A stretch of 40,207 bases of DNA, from assembly GCA_964410185.1 (NCBI GenBank), contig CAYPFM010000002.1:200047-240253 (forward strand), written 5' to 3'. Positions 11,472 through 23,158 of the stretch are shown one piece after another. Positions within the stretch are counted from its first letter, which is position 1; each line of letters starts with the position of its first letter. The DNA comes from an uncultured Candidatus Saccharibacteria bacterium (GTDB lineage Bacteria > Patescibacteriota > Saccharimonadia > Saccharimonadales > JAUPVS01). Made by a program: the position numbers and the translations under genes. The notes under the pieces were generated by a model, which was not told the DNA's origin, ran no database searches, and worked only from the letters and a program-made list of their open reading frames with translations.

Positions 11472-12398
11472 ATGCCAAAAATAAAGTTCATGCACCAAGT
11501 TATCCTGACGGCAGTCATCGCTGCGTTATTGCTTTTTGTGGCTAATACCGCCATTTGGGCGAATCGGGCAATTTTTGATACGAATACCTTCACTACCACA
11601 GCTGTGACATCGTTGACCTCCGAATCGAGTCGTCAAGCGTTGGCTCAGGAAGTTGTCGACCGTGCCTTGGCCGACAAGCCAACAATTAAGAGTGTTATTG
11701 GTGGCACCGCAACCAAGCTAGTGAGTGGTCTGCTGGGTACGAGCCAGTTCAACGCTGTGCTCGAAAAGGCCGTGGGCAAACTGCAGGTCTACATGACATC
11801 GAACAACCAAAAGTCGATTTCCCTCGACCTGTCGGGTGTTAAGAACACCGTCGAAAAGCTACTGACCGTCGCCGATTCAAGGGGTGCTAACACCGAAAAC
11901 GCCAGCGAACGCGTCAGCGCCTTGCCGGATGAACTTGTCTTGCTGAATGCCGAGAACGTTCCAAGTTTTTACAACTACGGCCTCGTCTTCTTGTGGATGG
12001 GCCCACTTTGCGCAGTCGGCGCGCTTGCCTTGCTGGCCTACCCGTACCTGCGTGATCGACGCCAGTACTACAAGGTCGCTCTTATTCAGGGCTCAGCTTT
12101 GGTTGTTGCTGGCTTGCTGTGTCTACTAGTTGGTCCATTGGTTCGCCCACCGGTACTCGCCAACATTAATAGTCCAAATATGCGCGTAGTGGTCGGTAAT
12201 CTCTATGATTCGTTTGTGGCGATCTTTAATCAACAAGCCTACTGGCTGATTGTAGCTGGTGTTCTTTTGGCGCTGGTTCCGTTGGCTGTCCGTTATGGTC
12301 TCAAGCTCGCTGCCAAGCGCACCGCCAAGTCGGCTGTTACTGTGAGCAAACCCAAAACTGTTGACAAGACCAAAGCCGCTACTCGTAAGAAAAAATAG
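11472..12398 (+). CDS. hypothetical membrane protein with Lys-rich C-terminal tail
   Basis: N-terminal TM, a soluble segment, then about 3 C-terminal TM segments. Tail is KPKTVDKTKAATRKKK. Strong SD. Confidence 0.7.
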   Translation: MPKIKFMHQVILTAVIAALLLFVANTAIWANRAIFDTNTFTTTAVTSLTSESSRQALAQEVVDRALADKPTIKSVIGGTATKLVSGLLGTSQFNAVLEKAVGKLQVYMTSNNQKSISLDLSGVKNTVEKLLTVADSRGANTENASERVSALPDELVLLNAENVPSFYNYGLVFLWMGPLCAVGALALLAYPYLRDRRQYYKVALIQGSALVVAGLLCLLVGPLVRPPVLANINSPNMRVVVGNLYDSFVAIFNQQAYWLIVAGVLLALVPLAVRYGLKLAAKRTAKSAVTVSKPKTVDKTKAATRKKK

Positions 12399-12399
12399 T

Positions 12400-14058
12400 C
12401 TAGTGGCTGTAGAAGCCGCGCACTGCAGTGTCGGGTGCCATCATTAAGCTCACGCCGGCCGTCTTCATGGCTGCCTTGACCTTATCGTCACCCAACGAGC
12501 CGCTGGAAGTAAGAATGGCGCTAATGCCGGCCTCGGCCAGAATGGTCGGACCATCGGGGAATGGGAAGAAACTGTCGCTGTAGGCCACTGCCCCGGCCAA
12601 CTTTTGTTTGTCTAAGGTGATGGTCAGAATCAGTTTGTCGCCCTTGGTAGCGAAGGCTGGCATGGCCGTGGTGGTGCGCGAGACGGCCAACTGACCGGCG
12701 CCGATACGGTCTTGTTGACCAACGCCGTTACCAATTAATTGCCCATTCTTAACCAGTGTAATTGTGTTGCTATTGCTGGTGCTCCCCACCGCCCAGGCGA
12801 GAATGGCATCACGCTTTTGTTGGCTGCTGACTTTGCCGATAATTTCCATATGGCTGGCCGATAAGTCATGTACAAAGGTGTAATTTGGCTGCTCCAGGGT
12901 GCCGCCACGCACGGGGCGTGATCGTCGTTTGGTGTCGAGCGAGGCTTCGGTGAGGTCGGCTAGCGCCGGGTTGACGATGACGCGCAGCTTGGCGCGGTTT
13001 AGTAGCTCCAAAGCTTCGTCTGTTACCGAGGCGCCAACCAGCCCATCGAGCATTCGTTTGCGCCCTTCGGGCATAAGATGATTCATTAAGGCATCTGCCA
13101 CGGCTTTATCAATGGTGCCGTTAATCATGATGACGCCGCCAAAAATCGCCCGTTCATCGCCTTCTAACATTAACTTAGCGGCTTCAACGTGGGTTTTGGC
13201 AACGGCCGCGCCACAGGCATTGCCGTGCTTGACGCCAACGGCCATGGCTGGGACTTCACCAAAATTACGCTCAAATCCAGCCGCGACGTGGGTGATGGTT
13301 TGCAATAGTCGGTCGACATCGGTCATATTGATGTAGCTTTTGGTCATCCCCTGAATGTGCTCAAACTGGTCGAGACCGAGCGGGTCAGGATTAACACGAT
13401 TATCGGCATAAAAGGCGGCGTCGGCCTGTTGTGGATTTTCGCCGTACTTCGTGGCCGAATCCTTACGCGCGATAAAGGCGCTGACATCTGTTTGGTTGGT
13501 GTGACGAACGATTGGTTGGTAGTAGCGGTTGGTTTCGTAAAAGGCGCGCGCCGCTAAGCTGGCGATGTACTCGGCTTCGTTTGGCTTGCCAGCCTTGAGC
13601 CAATCCAGGGTAGCTTGGCGCTGTTCGGCAACGGTTAGGACGATGCGACCCGACTTGGCAGCGCCGTTAATCATGGTTGGCCCGCCGATATCAATCTTTT
13701 CGATAATCGATTGTGCCGTAGCCTTGGCGTTGGCGATCTCGGACTCCAAAGGATACATATCAACACACACCAGCTCAAAGACCGGAATCTTCATTTCTTG
13801 TAAGGTTTTGAGATGTTCGGGTTTAGAAAGATCGGCCAAAATACCCGCATGGACGTTAGGATGAAGGGTGACGACACGGTGATCGAGAATGGCACCAAAG
13901 CCAGTTAGGTCGGCTACGTCAGTCACGGGAATCTTGGCTTCGCTGATGGCCTTACACGTACCACCCGAGGCGTAGAGTGTAAAACCTTCTTCGGCCAAAC
14001 CCTTGGCGAACTCAACGATACCGGTTTTGTCATATACAGAAATTAGTGCGTTCGGCAT
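12400..14058 (-). CDS. purH: bifunctional AICAR transformylase / IMP cyclohydrolase
   Basis: N-terminal MGS-like domain (ALISVYDKTGIVEFAKGL) and C-terminal AICARFT domain. AAGGAG SD lies upstream of the ATG. Confidence 0.95.
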   Translation of the reverse strand: MPNALISVYDKTGIVEFAKGLAEEGFTLYASGGTCKAISEAKIPVTDVADLTGFGAILDHRVVTLHPNVHAGILADLSKPEHLKTLQEMKIPVFELVCVDMYPLESEIANAKATAQSIIEKIDIGGPTMINGAAKSGRIVLTVAEQRQATLDWLKAGKPNEAEYIASLAARAFYETNRYYQPIVRHTNQTDVSAFIARKDSATKYGENPQQADAAFYADNRVNPDPLGLDQFEHIQGMTKSYINMTDVDRLLQTITHVAAGFERNFGEVPAMAVGVKHGNACGAAVAKTHVEAAKLMLEGDERAIFGGVIMINGTIDKAVADALMNHLMPEGRKRMLDGLVGASVTDEALELLNRAKLRVIVNPALADLTEASLDTKRRSRPVRGGTLEQPNYTFVHDLSASHMEIIGKVSSQQKRDAILAWAVGSTSNSNTITLVKNGQLIGNGVGQQDRIGAGQLAVSRTTTAMPAFATKGDKLILTITLDKQKLAGAVAYSDSFFPFPDGPTILAEAGISAILTSSGSLGDDKVKAAMKTAGVSLMMAPDTAVRGFYSH

Positions 14059-14067
14059 AACTACTCC

Positions 14068-17000
14068 TTACTTGCTTTGCTTCTCTGCCCAGTGCCGGGC
14101 GTTTTGGAACATCCGCAACCATGGCGACTGAGCTTCCCAGTTTGCTGGGTGCCAAGATAACTGCTGGGTCAAAAAGGCTCGTTCGGGATGAGGCATCATG
14201 ATGGTGACGCGGCCGTCTGGAGTGGTGAGGCCACCAATGCCCAGTGGGCTGCCGTTGGGGTTCTGTGGGTAATTGGCGGTTGGCTGTGCCTTGGAGCCAA
14301 CGTACTGAATGGCCACCAGGCCGTCAGCGATGGCCTGTCGGGCGGCTTTGGCGCTGTAGGCGGCTCGTCCTTCGCCATGAGCCACCGGAACCGGCAAACA
14401 GGCCGTTTGCATGTCTGTGAAGAAAATCGAAGGGCTGTCATTGACGGTGACCGTTACCAGCCGGGCTTCAAAGCGTTCCGAGGTGTTGGTTAAGAACTTT
14501 GGCCAACTTTGCGCGCCCGGAATCAGCTCCGACAAATTACTCAGCATCTGACAGCCATTGCAGACGCCCAGACTAAAGGTGTCGGGGCGATGGAAGAAGT
14601 CGTAGAAGGCCTGGCGCAGTGTCGGGTTGAAAAGGATTGATTTGGCCCAGCCCTCGCCAGCCCCCAAAACATCGCCGTACGAAAAGCCGCCACAAGCTAC
14701 CAAGCCAGCTAGCTCTTGGAGGATGGCTGGATTGGCAATGACATCATTAAGGTGTAGGTCGATGGCCGTAAAGCCAGCCGTATCAAAGGCGGCGGCCATT
14801 TCGACCTGGCCGTTAATTCCCTGCTCGCGGAAGATTCCAACTTTGGGTCGGGTTTTGTAGGCGGTTTTGGCAAGCGTTGGTTCGTTAGCGGCAAAGACTC
14901 CCGTAAAGGACGCATCACTAATGAGTTTATACTCCTGGTCGGCACCATGGGGGTTGTCGCGGAGGCGTTGAATCTGGTAGCTCGTTTCGGACCACCAGGT
15001 TTCGAGCTGGGCCCGGTCTTGCTGATACACAACCGTATTCTTATTGCTGAACACAATTTGTTGTTCGGCTCGTGGTTTGCCAATCTTGTAGACCGAGCTC
15101 TTGCCCAGGGCTTTAGTCAGGGCGCTGGTTACGGTGGCCACGTCTTTGTCGCGTACCTGCACAACCACGCCAAGCTCTTCGTTAAACAGTTTGTGCAGAT
15201 TGTCGCCTGGTAGGGCGCCGACATCAATGGCAAGGCCGCAGCGGCTGGCGAAAGCCATCTCTGCTAGTGTCACCAACAGGCCGCCATCAGAGCGGTCGTG
15301 GTAGGCCAAAAGTAAATCCTTGGCTTTCAGGCTTTGGATGGTGGTGAAGAAGTTTGCGAGTGGTTTGGCCTCGGCATCGGGCGTTTCATTACCGACCTGT
15401 CCATAGACTTGGGCTAAAGCCGAACCGCCCAGTCGTTGCTTGCCGTTGGCGAGGTCGATCAAGAGTAAAGAGCTCGCTTCGTCGACGGCCAACTCTGGGG
15501 TCAGTGTTTTGCTGACATTGTTGACAGGACTAAAGCCGGTAATCACCAATGACAATGGTGAGGTGACGGACATGTCGGTGCCACCATCTTGCCACTTGGT
15601 ACGCATGCTTAGGGAGTCTTTGCCTACTGGTATGGTCAGGCCCAGATCTGGGCAGAAGTCTTCGCCAACTGCTTTGACGGCATCAAATAGATGTTCGTCT
15701 TCTTGACCATAGCCGGCAGCGGCCATCCAGTTGGCTGATAGTTTGATGTCGGACAGTTTGCCGATGGAAGCGGCAGCCATGTTCGTAACTGCCTCAGCAA
15801 CGGCCATGCGCGCCGAAGCCGCGGCGTCGATCAAGGCAATCGGGCTGCGTTCGCCCATACTCATGGCCTCACCACTCTTGCTGCCAAAACCACTGGCCGA
15901 GACGGCCACATCGCTGACCGGCACCTGCCACGGTCCGACCATCTGATCACGGACGGTCAGGCCACCGACGTTGCGATCACCAATGGTGATGAGGAACTTT
16001 TTGCTGCCGACCGCGGGTAGTTGCAGGACTCGCTTGACGGCCTCAGAAAAACGAATGTTTTTAAGGTCAAGCTCGTCGTGCTCCACCTGCTTGCGCTCTA
16101 TGCGGCGATTCATCTTGGGTGGCTTACCGAACAGTACATCCATTGGTAGATCAATCGGGTTATTGTTGAAGAGTTCATCGTGCAACACCAGGCGCTCTTC
16201 TTTAGTGGCGGTACCAACTACGGCGATTGGGCAGCGTTCGCGCTGACAGATGGCTTCTAGCTGCGGCAGATCTTTTGTATCAAGTCCCAGAACATACCGT
16301 TCTTGAGCTTCATCACACCAGATTTCCAGCGGAGACATGCCGATGTCTGCATTGTGAATGGCCCGTAGCTCAAACTGTGCACCCAGGCCGGAATCATGCA
16401 CCAATTCCGGCAAGGCGTTGGACAGTCCACCAGCGCCAACATCGTGAATCGAGATAATCGGATTCTGTTTACCCAAAGAGGCCATGGCTGAAATTACCTC
16501 CTGAACACGGCGCTGCATTTCGGCGTTGCCACGTTGGACGGAAGCAAAATCGAGACTTTCATCACTGTCACCTTTCTGCATACTGGACGCGGCGCCACCA
16601 CCCAAGCCGATTAACATCGATGGACCACCTAAGACGACAAGCTGAACGCCATCATGTAAAGTGCCCTTTTCGACATTGTCGTCATCGATGGTGCCGATGC
16701 CACCGGCGATCATTAACGGCTTGTGATAGCCCCAAACTTCTTGATTGTGCGCCTGCTCAAAGGTGCGGAAGTAGCCCAGCACGTTCGGGCGCCCAAACTC
16801 ATTATTAAAAGCTGCACCACCCAAAGGTCCCTCAATCATGATGTCCAGCGGGCTGGCGATGCCGGAGGGTTTGCCGTAAGGCTTTTCCCATGGCCGTCCA
16901 TTACCAGGCAGATTTAGATTCGAAACATTAAAGCCGCTCAGACCCATCTTTGGTTTTGCGCCCCGCCCCGTGGCGCCCTCATCACGGATTTCTCCTCCCG

Positions 17001-17925
17001 AACCTGTCGCCGCGCCCGGGAATGGCGCGATGGCGGTGGGATGATTGTGTGTCTCGACCTTAATAACAATGTTGTCGGCTTTAGTGGTATAGCCATATTG
17101 GTGAGTCGAAACATCCGGCTGTAGCTGGTCGACTGGCTCGCCCTTCAGTATGGCGGCGTTGTCGGAGTAAGCCGACAAAATGTCGGTGGAAGATTTTTCA
17201 TAGGTGTTACGAATCATCTTGAACAAACTCTTGGGCTGCTTCTTGCCGTCGATGTGCCAGTCGGCATTAAAGATTTTGTGGCGGCAGTGTTCACTGTTGA
17301 CGACGCCGAACATCATCAGCTCAACATCAGTCGGGTTGCGGCCCAACTGCTGGTAGGCCGAGCAGAGATAGCTCACCTCATCATCTGCTAAAGCCAGTCC
17401 TAGACGAAGATTGGCGGCGGCGAGGTTTTTTGCGCCGTCATCACCAAGCACGTCGACGGTTTCGAGTCGTTTTGGTTGGGCTTGGTTGAATAGCTTTGCG
17501 GCGGCCTTCAAGCTTGGCAGAATCACTTCCGTCATGCGGTCATGAAGCAGATTGCCAACCACCTCTTTGTTGAACGGCTGGGTCGCATCGATGTAGTAGA
17601 CGACACCGCGCTCGATGCGTTTGACCTGGCTGAGACCGGAGTTACGGGCAATGTCGGTGGCCTTGGATGACCAGGGTGAAATGGTGCCCAGTCGTGGGAC
17701 GACAATCAGTTGACGCGACTTGTTGGCACCCGGGAATGGTTCGCCATAGGTAAGTAGTTCTTGTAGCTGGGCATTAGTTTCGGAAGAAAGGTGGCCCTCA
17801 AAGTCAACGAAGTGAATATATTCTGCCGTGATGCCGGAAATTTTTTCTCCGGCGGTTTTGAATTGTTGCAGCAGTTTTTTTTGTTGGAAGTCCGAAAGCG
17901 CGTTGATGCCGGTGTAGGTCTGCAT
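14068..17925 (-). CDS. purL: phosphoribosylformylglycinamidine (FGAM) synthase, single-chain large type
   Basis: 1285 aa with PurS-like N-terminus, duplicated PurM-like core and a C-terminal glutaminase (GVCNGCQ, HGEG). The start directly abuts the purM stop (TAAATG). Confidence 0.95.
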   Translation of the reverse strand: MQTYTGINALSDFQQKKLLQQFKTAGEKISGITAEYIHFVDFEGHLSSETNAQLQELLTYGEPFPGANKSRQLIVVPRLGTISPWSSKATDIARNSGLSQVKRIERGVVYYIDATQPFNKEVVGNLLHDRMTEVILPSLKAAAKLFNQAQPKRLETVDVLGDDGAKNLAAANLRLGLALADDEVSYLCSAYQQLGRNPTDVELMMFGVVNSEHCRHKIFNADWHIDGKKQPKSLFKMIRNTYEKSSTDILSAYSDNAAILKGEPVDQLQPDVSTHQYGYTTKADNIVIKVETHNHPTAIAPFPGAATGSGGEIRDEGATGRGAKPKMGLSGFNVSNLNLPGNGRPWEKPYGKPSGIASPLDIMIEGPLGGAAFNNEFGRPNVLGYFRTFEQAHNQEVWGYHKPLMIAGGIGTIDDDNVEKGTLHDGVQLVVLGGPSMLIGLGGGAASSMQKGDSDESLDFASVQRGNAEMQRRVQEVISAMASLGKQNPIISIHDVGAGGLSNALPELVHDSGLGAQFELRAIHNADIGMSPLEIWCDEAQERYVLGLDTKDLPQLEAICQRERCPIAVVGTATKEERLVLHDELFNNNPIDLPMDVLFGKPPKMNRRIERKQVEHDELDLKNIRFSEAVKRVLQLPAVGSKKFLITIGDRNVGGLTVRDQMVGPWQVPVSDVAVSASGFGSKSGEAMSMGERSPIALIDAAASARMAVAEAVTNMAAASIGKLSDIKLSANWMAAAGYGQEDEHLFDAVKAVGEDFCPDLGLTIPVGKDSLSMRTKWQDGGTDMSVTSPLSLVITGFSPVNNVSKTLTPELAVDEASSLLLIDLANGKQRLGGSALAQVYGQVGNETPDAEAKPLANFFTTIQSLKAKDLLLAYHDRSDGGLLVTLAEMAFASRCGLAIDVGALPGDNLHKLFNEELGVVVQVRDKDVATVTSALTKALGKSSVYKIGKPRAEQQIVFSNKNTVVYQQDRAQLETWWSETSYQIQRLRDNPHGADQEYKLISDASFTGVFAANEPTLAKTAYKTRPKVGIFREQGINGQVEMAAAFDTAGFTAIDLHLNDVIANPAILQELAGLVACGGFSYGDVLGAGEGWAKSILFNPTLRQAFYDFFHRPDTFSLGVCNGCQMLSNLSELIPGAQSWPKFLTNTSERFEARLVTVTVNDSPSIFFTDMQTACLPVPVAHGEGRAAYSAKAARQAIADGLVAIQYVGSKAQPTANYPQNPNGSPLGIGGLTTPDGRVTIMMPHPERAFLTQQLSWHPANWEAQSPWLRMFQNARHWAEKQSK

Positions 17926-19062
17926 TTAGAACTTCACCTTTGGCTGCTTAGCGGCGAAAAATCCTTGATTGGCAATAGTGATACCCGGTTTGTCGGTAAT
18001 GATGCCGGCGGTTTGGGCTTCAATTCCGTGGGCCTTGGCGACGGCGATGACAGCCTCAGGATTAGGTGTGACAATTAGCATGCCATTGCCCATGTTCCAG
18101 GTGCGGTAGGCTTCTTCATCGCTGACATTACCCAGCGCTTGGCAGTGCAGCATCAGCTCGCACGGTGGGAATGGGTTGTCGATGACCGCACCTAAGCCGG
18201 AAGCACTCAGATTGCGACCGAGCTTTTCTGGGATGCCACCACCACTGATGTGAGCGACGGCGTGTAGGGCAGCTTTGGGCTTTTGCGACAGGTCATAGCC
18301 GCCAAACATCTCTACTACGGCCGCGGAGTAAATTTGCGAGGGTTGCAGGGCCAGGTCGATAATTTTCTTACCGTTCAGTTTGGCTGTTTCCCAATGCTCA
18401 CCGTACTCGTCTTTTAAGAGCTTGCGCACCAACGAAATGCCATTGCAGCGCAGACCCGTCTCGCGCATTGAAACAATGCTGTCGCCGGCTGCAACATCGT
18501 AACCAGTAATTAAACGTGACTCATGCGCGAACCAAGTGAGGTCGGCGCTCCATTCTAGGCGGAACTCGTCCATGTGGCCAATGCGGTCGTTCAGCTGGGC
18601 CAGCTCGCCATTAATGATGGCGACGTTGGCTTCTTTTGCGGCGGCCACGTAGCCTTTGGCCAGTTGTTCGATGTATGGCAGGCGGCTGGCGTCGGCGCCA
18701 AGGGTGTTAACATCCAGAACGCTCTTTACTAGTACCGGCACGCCACCGCGTACCACAGCGTCATCACAGACCATGGCCATCAAGTCGTAAGCTAAGGTGT
18801 CGTATTTGCCGGCGCGCTCGGCCAGTTCGGCCTTGGTGGCAACGCCATCAGAGCCACCGTACATTACCGTGCCGGCGGGGAGCTTATCGACACGGACAAA
18901 CCGGAGACCGGCGAAATCGTCATATGGCACAATAACTTCACCGAGGGCGCCCTTGCGGTTGGTCCAGGTTTGCTTAGAGGCGTTGTACAAGATTTTGGCG
19001 GCTTGAGCTTCGGTGTCGATGTCGACCCCAACTTGAGCATAGGTGGTTGCTGGTTTATTCAC
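17926..19062 (-). CDS. purM: phosphoribosylformylglycinamidine cyclo-ligase (AIR synthetase), long form
   Basis: YAQVGVDID N-terminus and DGVATK motif. GTG start is preceded by GGGAGA. 378 aa. Confidence 0.9.
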   Translation of the reverse strand: MNKPATTYAQVGVDIDTEAQAAKILYNASKQTWTNRKGALGEVIVPYDDFAGLRFVRVDKLPAGTVMYGGSDGVATKAELAERAGKYDTLAYDLMAMVCDDAVVRGGVPVLVKSVLDVNTLGADASRLPYIEQLAKGYVAAAKEANVAIINGELAQLNDRIGHMDEFRLEWSADLTWFAHESRLITGYDVAAGDSIVSMRETGLRCNGISLVRKLLKDEYGEHWETAKLNGKKIIDLALQPSQIYSAAVVEMFGGYDLSQKPKAALHAVAHISGGGIPEKLGRNLSASGLGAVIDNPFPPCELMLHCQALGNVSDEEAYRTWNMGNGMLIVTPNPEAVIAVAKAHGIEAQTAGIITDKPGITIANQGFFAAKQPKVKF

Positions 19063-19119
19063 TCAATCTCCCGCCTTTATGTTCTTAGTTTAATGGGTAT
19101 GGGCTGCTTCGCAAACAGT

Positions 19120-20403
19120 CTAAAGTACAACATTTGGGCTGGGCCTGAGGCCGATGTCGGTGCGGAACTGCATACCGTCAAAATGAATGGCTTTGATGGC
19201 TTGGTAGGCTTTGTGTCGGGCGTCGTCAATATCAGTTCCGTGAGCAGTCACATAGAGGACGCGGCCGCCGGCGGTTTTGGTGACGCCGTCTTCTTGGACG
19301 GTTCCGGCCTGGAAGATGACGATGTCGGGCTGGCTTTCAGCCTCTTCAATTCCGGTAATAGTAAAGCCTTTCTGATAGTTGCCAGGGTAGCCCTGGGAAG
19401 CCACGGCCACGGATATAGCCGTACCATCCTTCCAGGCCACACCCGAAGGATCGAGCTCACCCTTGGTGCAAGCCAGTAGTGTTGCATAGAGGTCACCATC
19501 AAATAGGCGCATATAGGTTTCAGCTTCGGGGTCGCCAAAGCGGGCGTTGAACTCAACCACATTAACGTTGTCGCCATCAATCATTAGGCCAGGATACAGA
19601 CAGCCGGTGAAATCGGCCTTCTTGGCTTGCATACCTTTGAGTGCTGGCTGGACGACCGTATCCTTGACGGTTGCCAAGTGGTCGGCAGTCACCCAGGGCA
19701 CGGGTGCAAACACGCCCATACCACCGGTGTTAGGACCTTTGTCGCCATCAAAAACCTGCTTGTGGTCCTGAGAAGCCGGGAACAAAACTGCTTGCTTACC
19801 GTCACAGAGTGCGTGCATGGATACTTCTTGGCCCTGCAGAAAATCTTCAATCACGACGGTGTTACCGGAGTCGCCAAACACCTTGTTGACCATGATGTTG
19901 TCGATGGCCGCTTGGGCTTCCTCAAGGTTTTGGGCGATCACGACACCCTTACCTTCGGCTAGACCGCTGGCCTTAACTACGATTGGGAGCGACCGAGTTT
20001 TGATATAGTCCATGGCCGCAACTGGATCTTCAAAGTTCTGGAAGGCCGCCGTTGGGATGTTTTGGTCCTGCATAAGTAGTTTCGAGAACGCTTTGGACGA
20101 TTCAATCTGGGCGCCAGCTTTGTCGGGTCCAAAAACGGCTAGTCCAGCTTCGCGAAAGACGTCGACGACGCCAGCGGCACTGGCGGCTTCTTGCCCAATC
20201 ACCGTCAGGTCGATGTTATTGGTTTGGGCGAAGGCCAGGAGCGCGGCGGCATCAGTAAAGCCAATCGGCACATTCTCGGCAATCGTGGCCGTACCGCCGT
20301 TACCAGGCGCCACAAACACCTTATCGACTTGCTTCGACTGGGCCAGTTTCCAGGCCAGAGCATGCTCTCGCCCGCCACTTCCAATCACTAAAACCTTTGC
20401 CAT
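19120..20403 (-). CDS. purD: phosphoribosylamine-glycine ligase
   Basis: N-terminus MAKVLVIGSGGREHALAWKL and an ATP-grasp core. The start overlaps the purN stop (TAATG). Confidence 0.95.
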   Translation of the reverse strand: MAKVLVIGSGGREHALAWKLAQSKQVDKVFVAPGNGGTATIAENVPIGFTDAAALLAFAQTNNIDLTVIGQEAASAAGVVDVFREAGLAVFGPDKAGAQIESSKAFSKLLMQDQNIPTAAFQNFEDPVAAMDYIKTRSLPIVVKASGLAEGKGVVIAQNLEEAQAAIDNIMVNKVFGDSGNTVVIEDFLQGQEVSMHALCDGKQAVLFPASQDHKQVFDGDKGPNTGGMGVFAPVPWVTADHLATVKDTVVQPALKGMQAKKADFTGCLYPGLMIDGDNVNVVEFNARFGDPEAETYMRLFDGDLYATLLACTKGELDPSGVAWKDGTAISVAVASQGYPGNYQKGFTITGIEEAESQPDIVIFQAGTVQEDGVTKTAGGRVLYVTAHGTDIDDARHKAYQAIKAIHFDGMQFRTDIGLRPSPNVVL

Positions 20404-21074
20404 TACTGGGCTCCTTTCTTGATAAATTCAGCCACATCAACGGGTAGTTTTTCGCGTTCGACGGCTCGAACCCGATCAAACAAGCTGTCCGGGGTATCCC
20501 CTTCTAGTACGGGCACCATATTTTCTGCTACGACCGGGCCGTCGTCATAGCCTTCGGCCACGACATGGAGCGTTTGCCCCGCTTCTTTAAGCCCTACTTC
20601 CAGGACGCGTTCTTGGACGTGGACGCCAAACAGTCCCTCGGTGGCCGGGAGCAGGCCTGGGTGGGTGTTAAGCATCGTGGCTTGGTAGGGACTGGTGTAG
20701 TCGTTACGCCACCCAAACTCGTGTACCAGCGTTGGGCCAATCTTCTTCATGTATCCCATCAAAACGATGGCGGCATACCGTCCTGCTCGTAAGACTTCGA
20801 GGAGTGCTTGTTCTTCGGCCTTGGATTGTTGTCCGGGACTAAGCGTTTCACTATCGCTGGGTGGGTGGGTTGAACGACCAATCACGAGGGTTTGAATACT
20901 CAGCCCGAGTTCGTTATTGAGGTTGGCGACGCGTTGTAAGATGCCGGCCTTGGGGTTGCTGGCAATAACCAGGCCAACCACCGGTTCAATTTGGCCGGCT
21001 GCACTGGCTCGGATGAAGGCTTCGGCAGTAGTCCCCTCCCCAGACGCCAGAATGGCAATAACTGGTCGGTTCAT
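20403..21074 (-). CDS. purN: phosphoribosylglycinamide formyltransferase (with ~30-aa internal insertion)
   Basis: Motifs NTHPGLLP and LHVVAEGYDDGPVV match the PurN active site. Confidence 0.85.
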   Translation of the reverse strand: MNRPVIAILASGEGTTAEAFIRASAAGQIEPVVGLVIASNPKAGILQRVANLNNELGLSIQTLVIGRSTHPPSDSETLSPGQQSKAEEQALLEVLRAGRYAAIVLMGYMKKIGPTLVHEFGWRNDYTSPYQATMLNTHPGLLPATEGLFGVHVQERVLEVGLKEAGQTLHVVAEGYDDGPVVAENMVPVLEGDTPDSLFDRVRAVEREKLPVDVAEFIKKGAQ

Positions 21075-21083
21075 GCCAAGTGC

Positions 21084-22544
21084 CTAGGCCAGTGCCTCAA
21101 CTTGTTGAGCTGTAAACGGCGTTGGGTTTTGTTTGTGTTCGTGGACTTTACTAAAGGTTTTGGCTTGGTCGCCAATGGCGATTGGATAGATTCCGTCAAA
21201 GCACGACATCGATAGTTGGTCTTGTGGCAAGCCCGTGGCGCGCACCATGCCCCTGATGGACAGGTAGTGTAGGCTGTCGGCACCCATGTAATCACAGATT
21301 TCGTCGTTGGACATGCGGGCGGCGATTAAATCGTCTTGCTCAGGCGTGTTGATACCATAAAAGTCGGGGTACAAGACTGGGGGTGAACTAATCATCAGGT
21401 GAATTTCTTTGGCGCCGGCATCGCGCAAGATACGTACCACTTGGCGCATGGTCGTGCCACGCACAATTGAATCATCAACCAAAATAATGCGCTTGTCTTT
21501 GATGCTCTCGACGATTGGGTTGAGCTTCATCTTAATGTGTCGTTTACGCAGCTCCGCGGTTGGCTGAATAAAGGTGCGGTGGATGTAGCGATTCTTAATA
21601 AGGCCCATATCAAAGGGAATGCCGCTGGACTGTGAATAGCCCAGGGCGGCCGGAATTGAAGAATCGGGCACCGGGATGATGACATCAGCTTCGACATCGA
21701 ACTCTTGCGCCATTTCGTGTCCCAGATTCTGGCGTACCTTGTTAACGCGCTGTCCGTTGATGATGCTGTCCGGTCGGGCAAAGTACACCAACTCAAAGAC
21801 ATCGAGCTTAGGATTGGCTTTAACAACCTGGTGGGAGGTAATGCCGGATTCATCAATCACAACGAGCTCACCTGGCTTTACGTCACGCAAGAAGGTGGCG
21901 CCGATGGTGTCAAAGGCACAGGTTTCGGAAGCAATCACATAACTGTCCTCGAGTACGCCAATCGACAGGGGGCGGATGCCGCATTCGTCGCGGAAGGCAA
22001 TCAGCTTGTCTTTGTCCATGGCTACTGACGAAAAGACGCCTGTAAACAACGGATAGGCTTCGATAATTGCTTCTTGCAGGCTTAAGCCGTCGGACATGTA
22101 TTCGGCAATGGCTGATTCCATTAAGCGGGTGTCGTTGTGCAGATCAACCGACACGCCACGCTTCTTTAAGAAGGACTTGAGTTTGCTAACATCTGGTAGA
22201 TTGCCGTTGTGAGCCAAGGCGAACTGCTGTGGTTGATTCAGGAAAGGCTGATTATAAAAATCGCCAGCACCACCAGATGTAGCGTAGCGATTGTGGCCGA
22301 TGGCAATATGACCCTTGAGCGCTTGAATGTTGTCGTCATGGTAGACATTGGCTACCAAGCCAGCTTCGGCATGTCGATACAACGCACTGCCGTCACTCGT
22401 CACGATGCCTGAACCCTCTTGTCCGCGATGCTGCAACGCCCATAACCCGTAAAAGGTTACACGAGCTGCTTCGTCGTTCGGGCTAAATAGTCCAAAAACC
22501 GCGCACTTCTCAGTTAACTGACCACTCAATGCCCCCATTTGCAT
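21084..22544 (-). CDS. purF: amidophosphoribosyltransferase
   Basis: Ntn catalytic Cys in TEK|CAVFGL after a 13-residue leader. PRTase motif IILVDDSIVRGTT and YFARPDS are present. Confidence 0.95.
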   Translation of the reverse strand: MQMGALSGQLTEKCAVFGLFSPNDEAARVTFYGLWALQHRGQEGSGIVTSDGSALYRHAEAGLVANVYHDDNIQALKGHIAIGHNRYATSGGAGDFYNQPFLNQPQQFALAHNGNLPDVSKLKSFLKKRGVSVDLHNDTRLMESAIAEYMSDGLSLQEAIIEAYPLFTGVFSSVAMDKDKLIAFRDECGIRPLSIGVLEDSYVIASETCAFDTIGATFLRDVKPGELVVIDESGITSHQVVKANPKLDVFELVYFARPDSIINGQRVNKVRQNLGHEMAQEFDVEADVIIPVPDSSIPAALGYSQSSGIPFDMGLIKNRYIHRTFIQPTAELRKRHIKMKLNPIVESIKDKRIILVDDSIVRGTTMRQVVRILRDAGAKEIHLMISSPPVLYPDFYGINTPEQDDLIAARMSNDEICDYMGADSLHYLSIRGMVRATGLPQDQLSMSCFDGIYPIAIGDQAKTFSKVHEHKQNPTPFTAQQVEALA

Positions 22545-22583
22545 ACGCGTTGCTTCCCCTCAATTACACGAACTCTTACGTTT

Positions 22584-22611
22584 ATCATACCATGCTGCCA
22601 CAAGCTGGCAA
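22584..22611 (-). promoter_or_regulatory. candidate promoter TTGCCA-N16-TATGAT upstream of purF
   Basis: Minus-strand -35 is plus TGGCAA at 22606-22611. Minus-strand -10 is plus ATCATA at 22584-22589. The predicted leader of about 33 nt contains GAGGGG. Confidence 0.4.
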
Positions 22612-22621
22612 CAGTCCTGGT

Positions 22622-23158
22622 TTAGGCTAGGTTGGCATGCTGAAGAATGAACTGGGCCCGTTCATTGGGGCTCAAAACCGGCACGCGGATGGGCGTCATA
22701 CCGTACTGACTGTAGGCGTCGTGCAGTAGCTCGGTGATCTTGTGGGTGAAGGCGGCGTCTTCGGTGCGGGCGTAATCTTGCTCAAACGTCGGCAACGGCT
22801 CTAACAAGAAAACCGTCTGGTAGCGGGCGGCTTGGAGGGCTTTTTGCATTGCTAGCGTTGGCTTCCAGCCTAGTGACGTGTAGTAGGCCAAGGAGTCATG
22901 CATACCTCGATCTAAAAAGGTCACTTGCCCAGGTTTAAGGCCAGCCTCGATGTCGATCTTGCGTGCCAGCACATCATCCTGAAACCGCTTCTCGTCGCGC
23001 CGAATTTGCTTGATGGTTAACCCACGTGCCAGTCCGTCATCAATTACCAAACGAGCAGCTTCGGGAATTGTTCTATGACCCTGTTGCTCGAATAGCTCAA
23101 GTAACGTAGTTTTGCCACTAGAGGGTCCACCCGTTAGCACAAACCAATTACTGGGCAT
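22622..23158 (-). CDS. AAA_28 / NadR-C-terminal-like P-loop ATPase (nucleoside-kinase-like)
   Basis: Walker A GGPSSGKTT and a FLDRG..D..AY pattern typical of the family. ATG 23158 is preferred over 23191 because the overlap with the upstream gene is shorter. Confidence 0.75.
   Translation of the reverse strand: MPSNWFVLTGGPSSGKTTLLELFEQQGHRTIPEAARLVIDDGLARGLTIKQIRRDEKRFQDDVLARKIDIEAGLKPGQVTFLDRGMHDSLAYYTSLGWKPTLAMQKALQAARYQTVFLLEPLPTFEQDYARTEDAAFTHKITELLHDAYSQYGMTPIRVPVLSPNERAQFILQHANLA

Noticed and set aside
22545-22621. Purine or ZTP riboswitch upstream of purF. The 25766-25820 spacer between purK and purC was also considered.
   Set aside because: The spacers are 77 and 55 nt and are largely occupied by promoter-like elements. 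That is too short for a purine or ZTP aptamer plus expression platform, and no conserved aptamer core was recognised.
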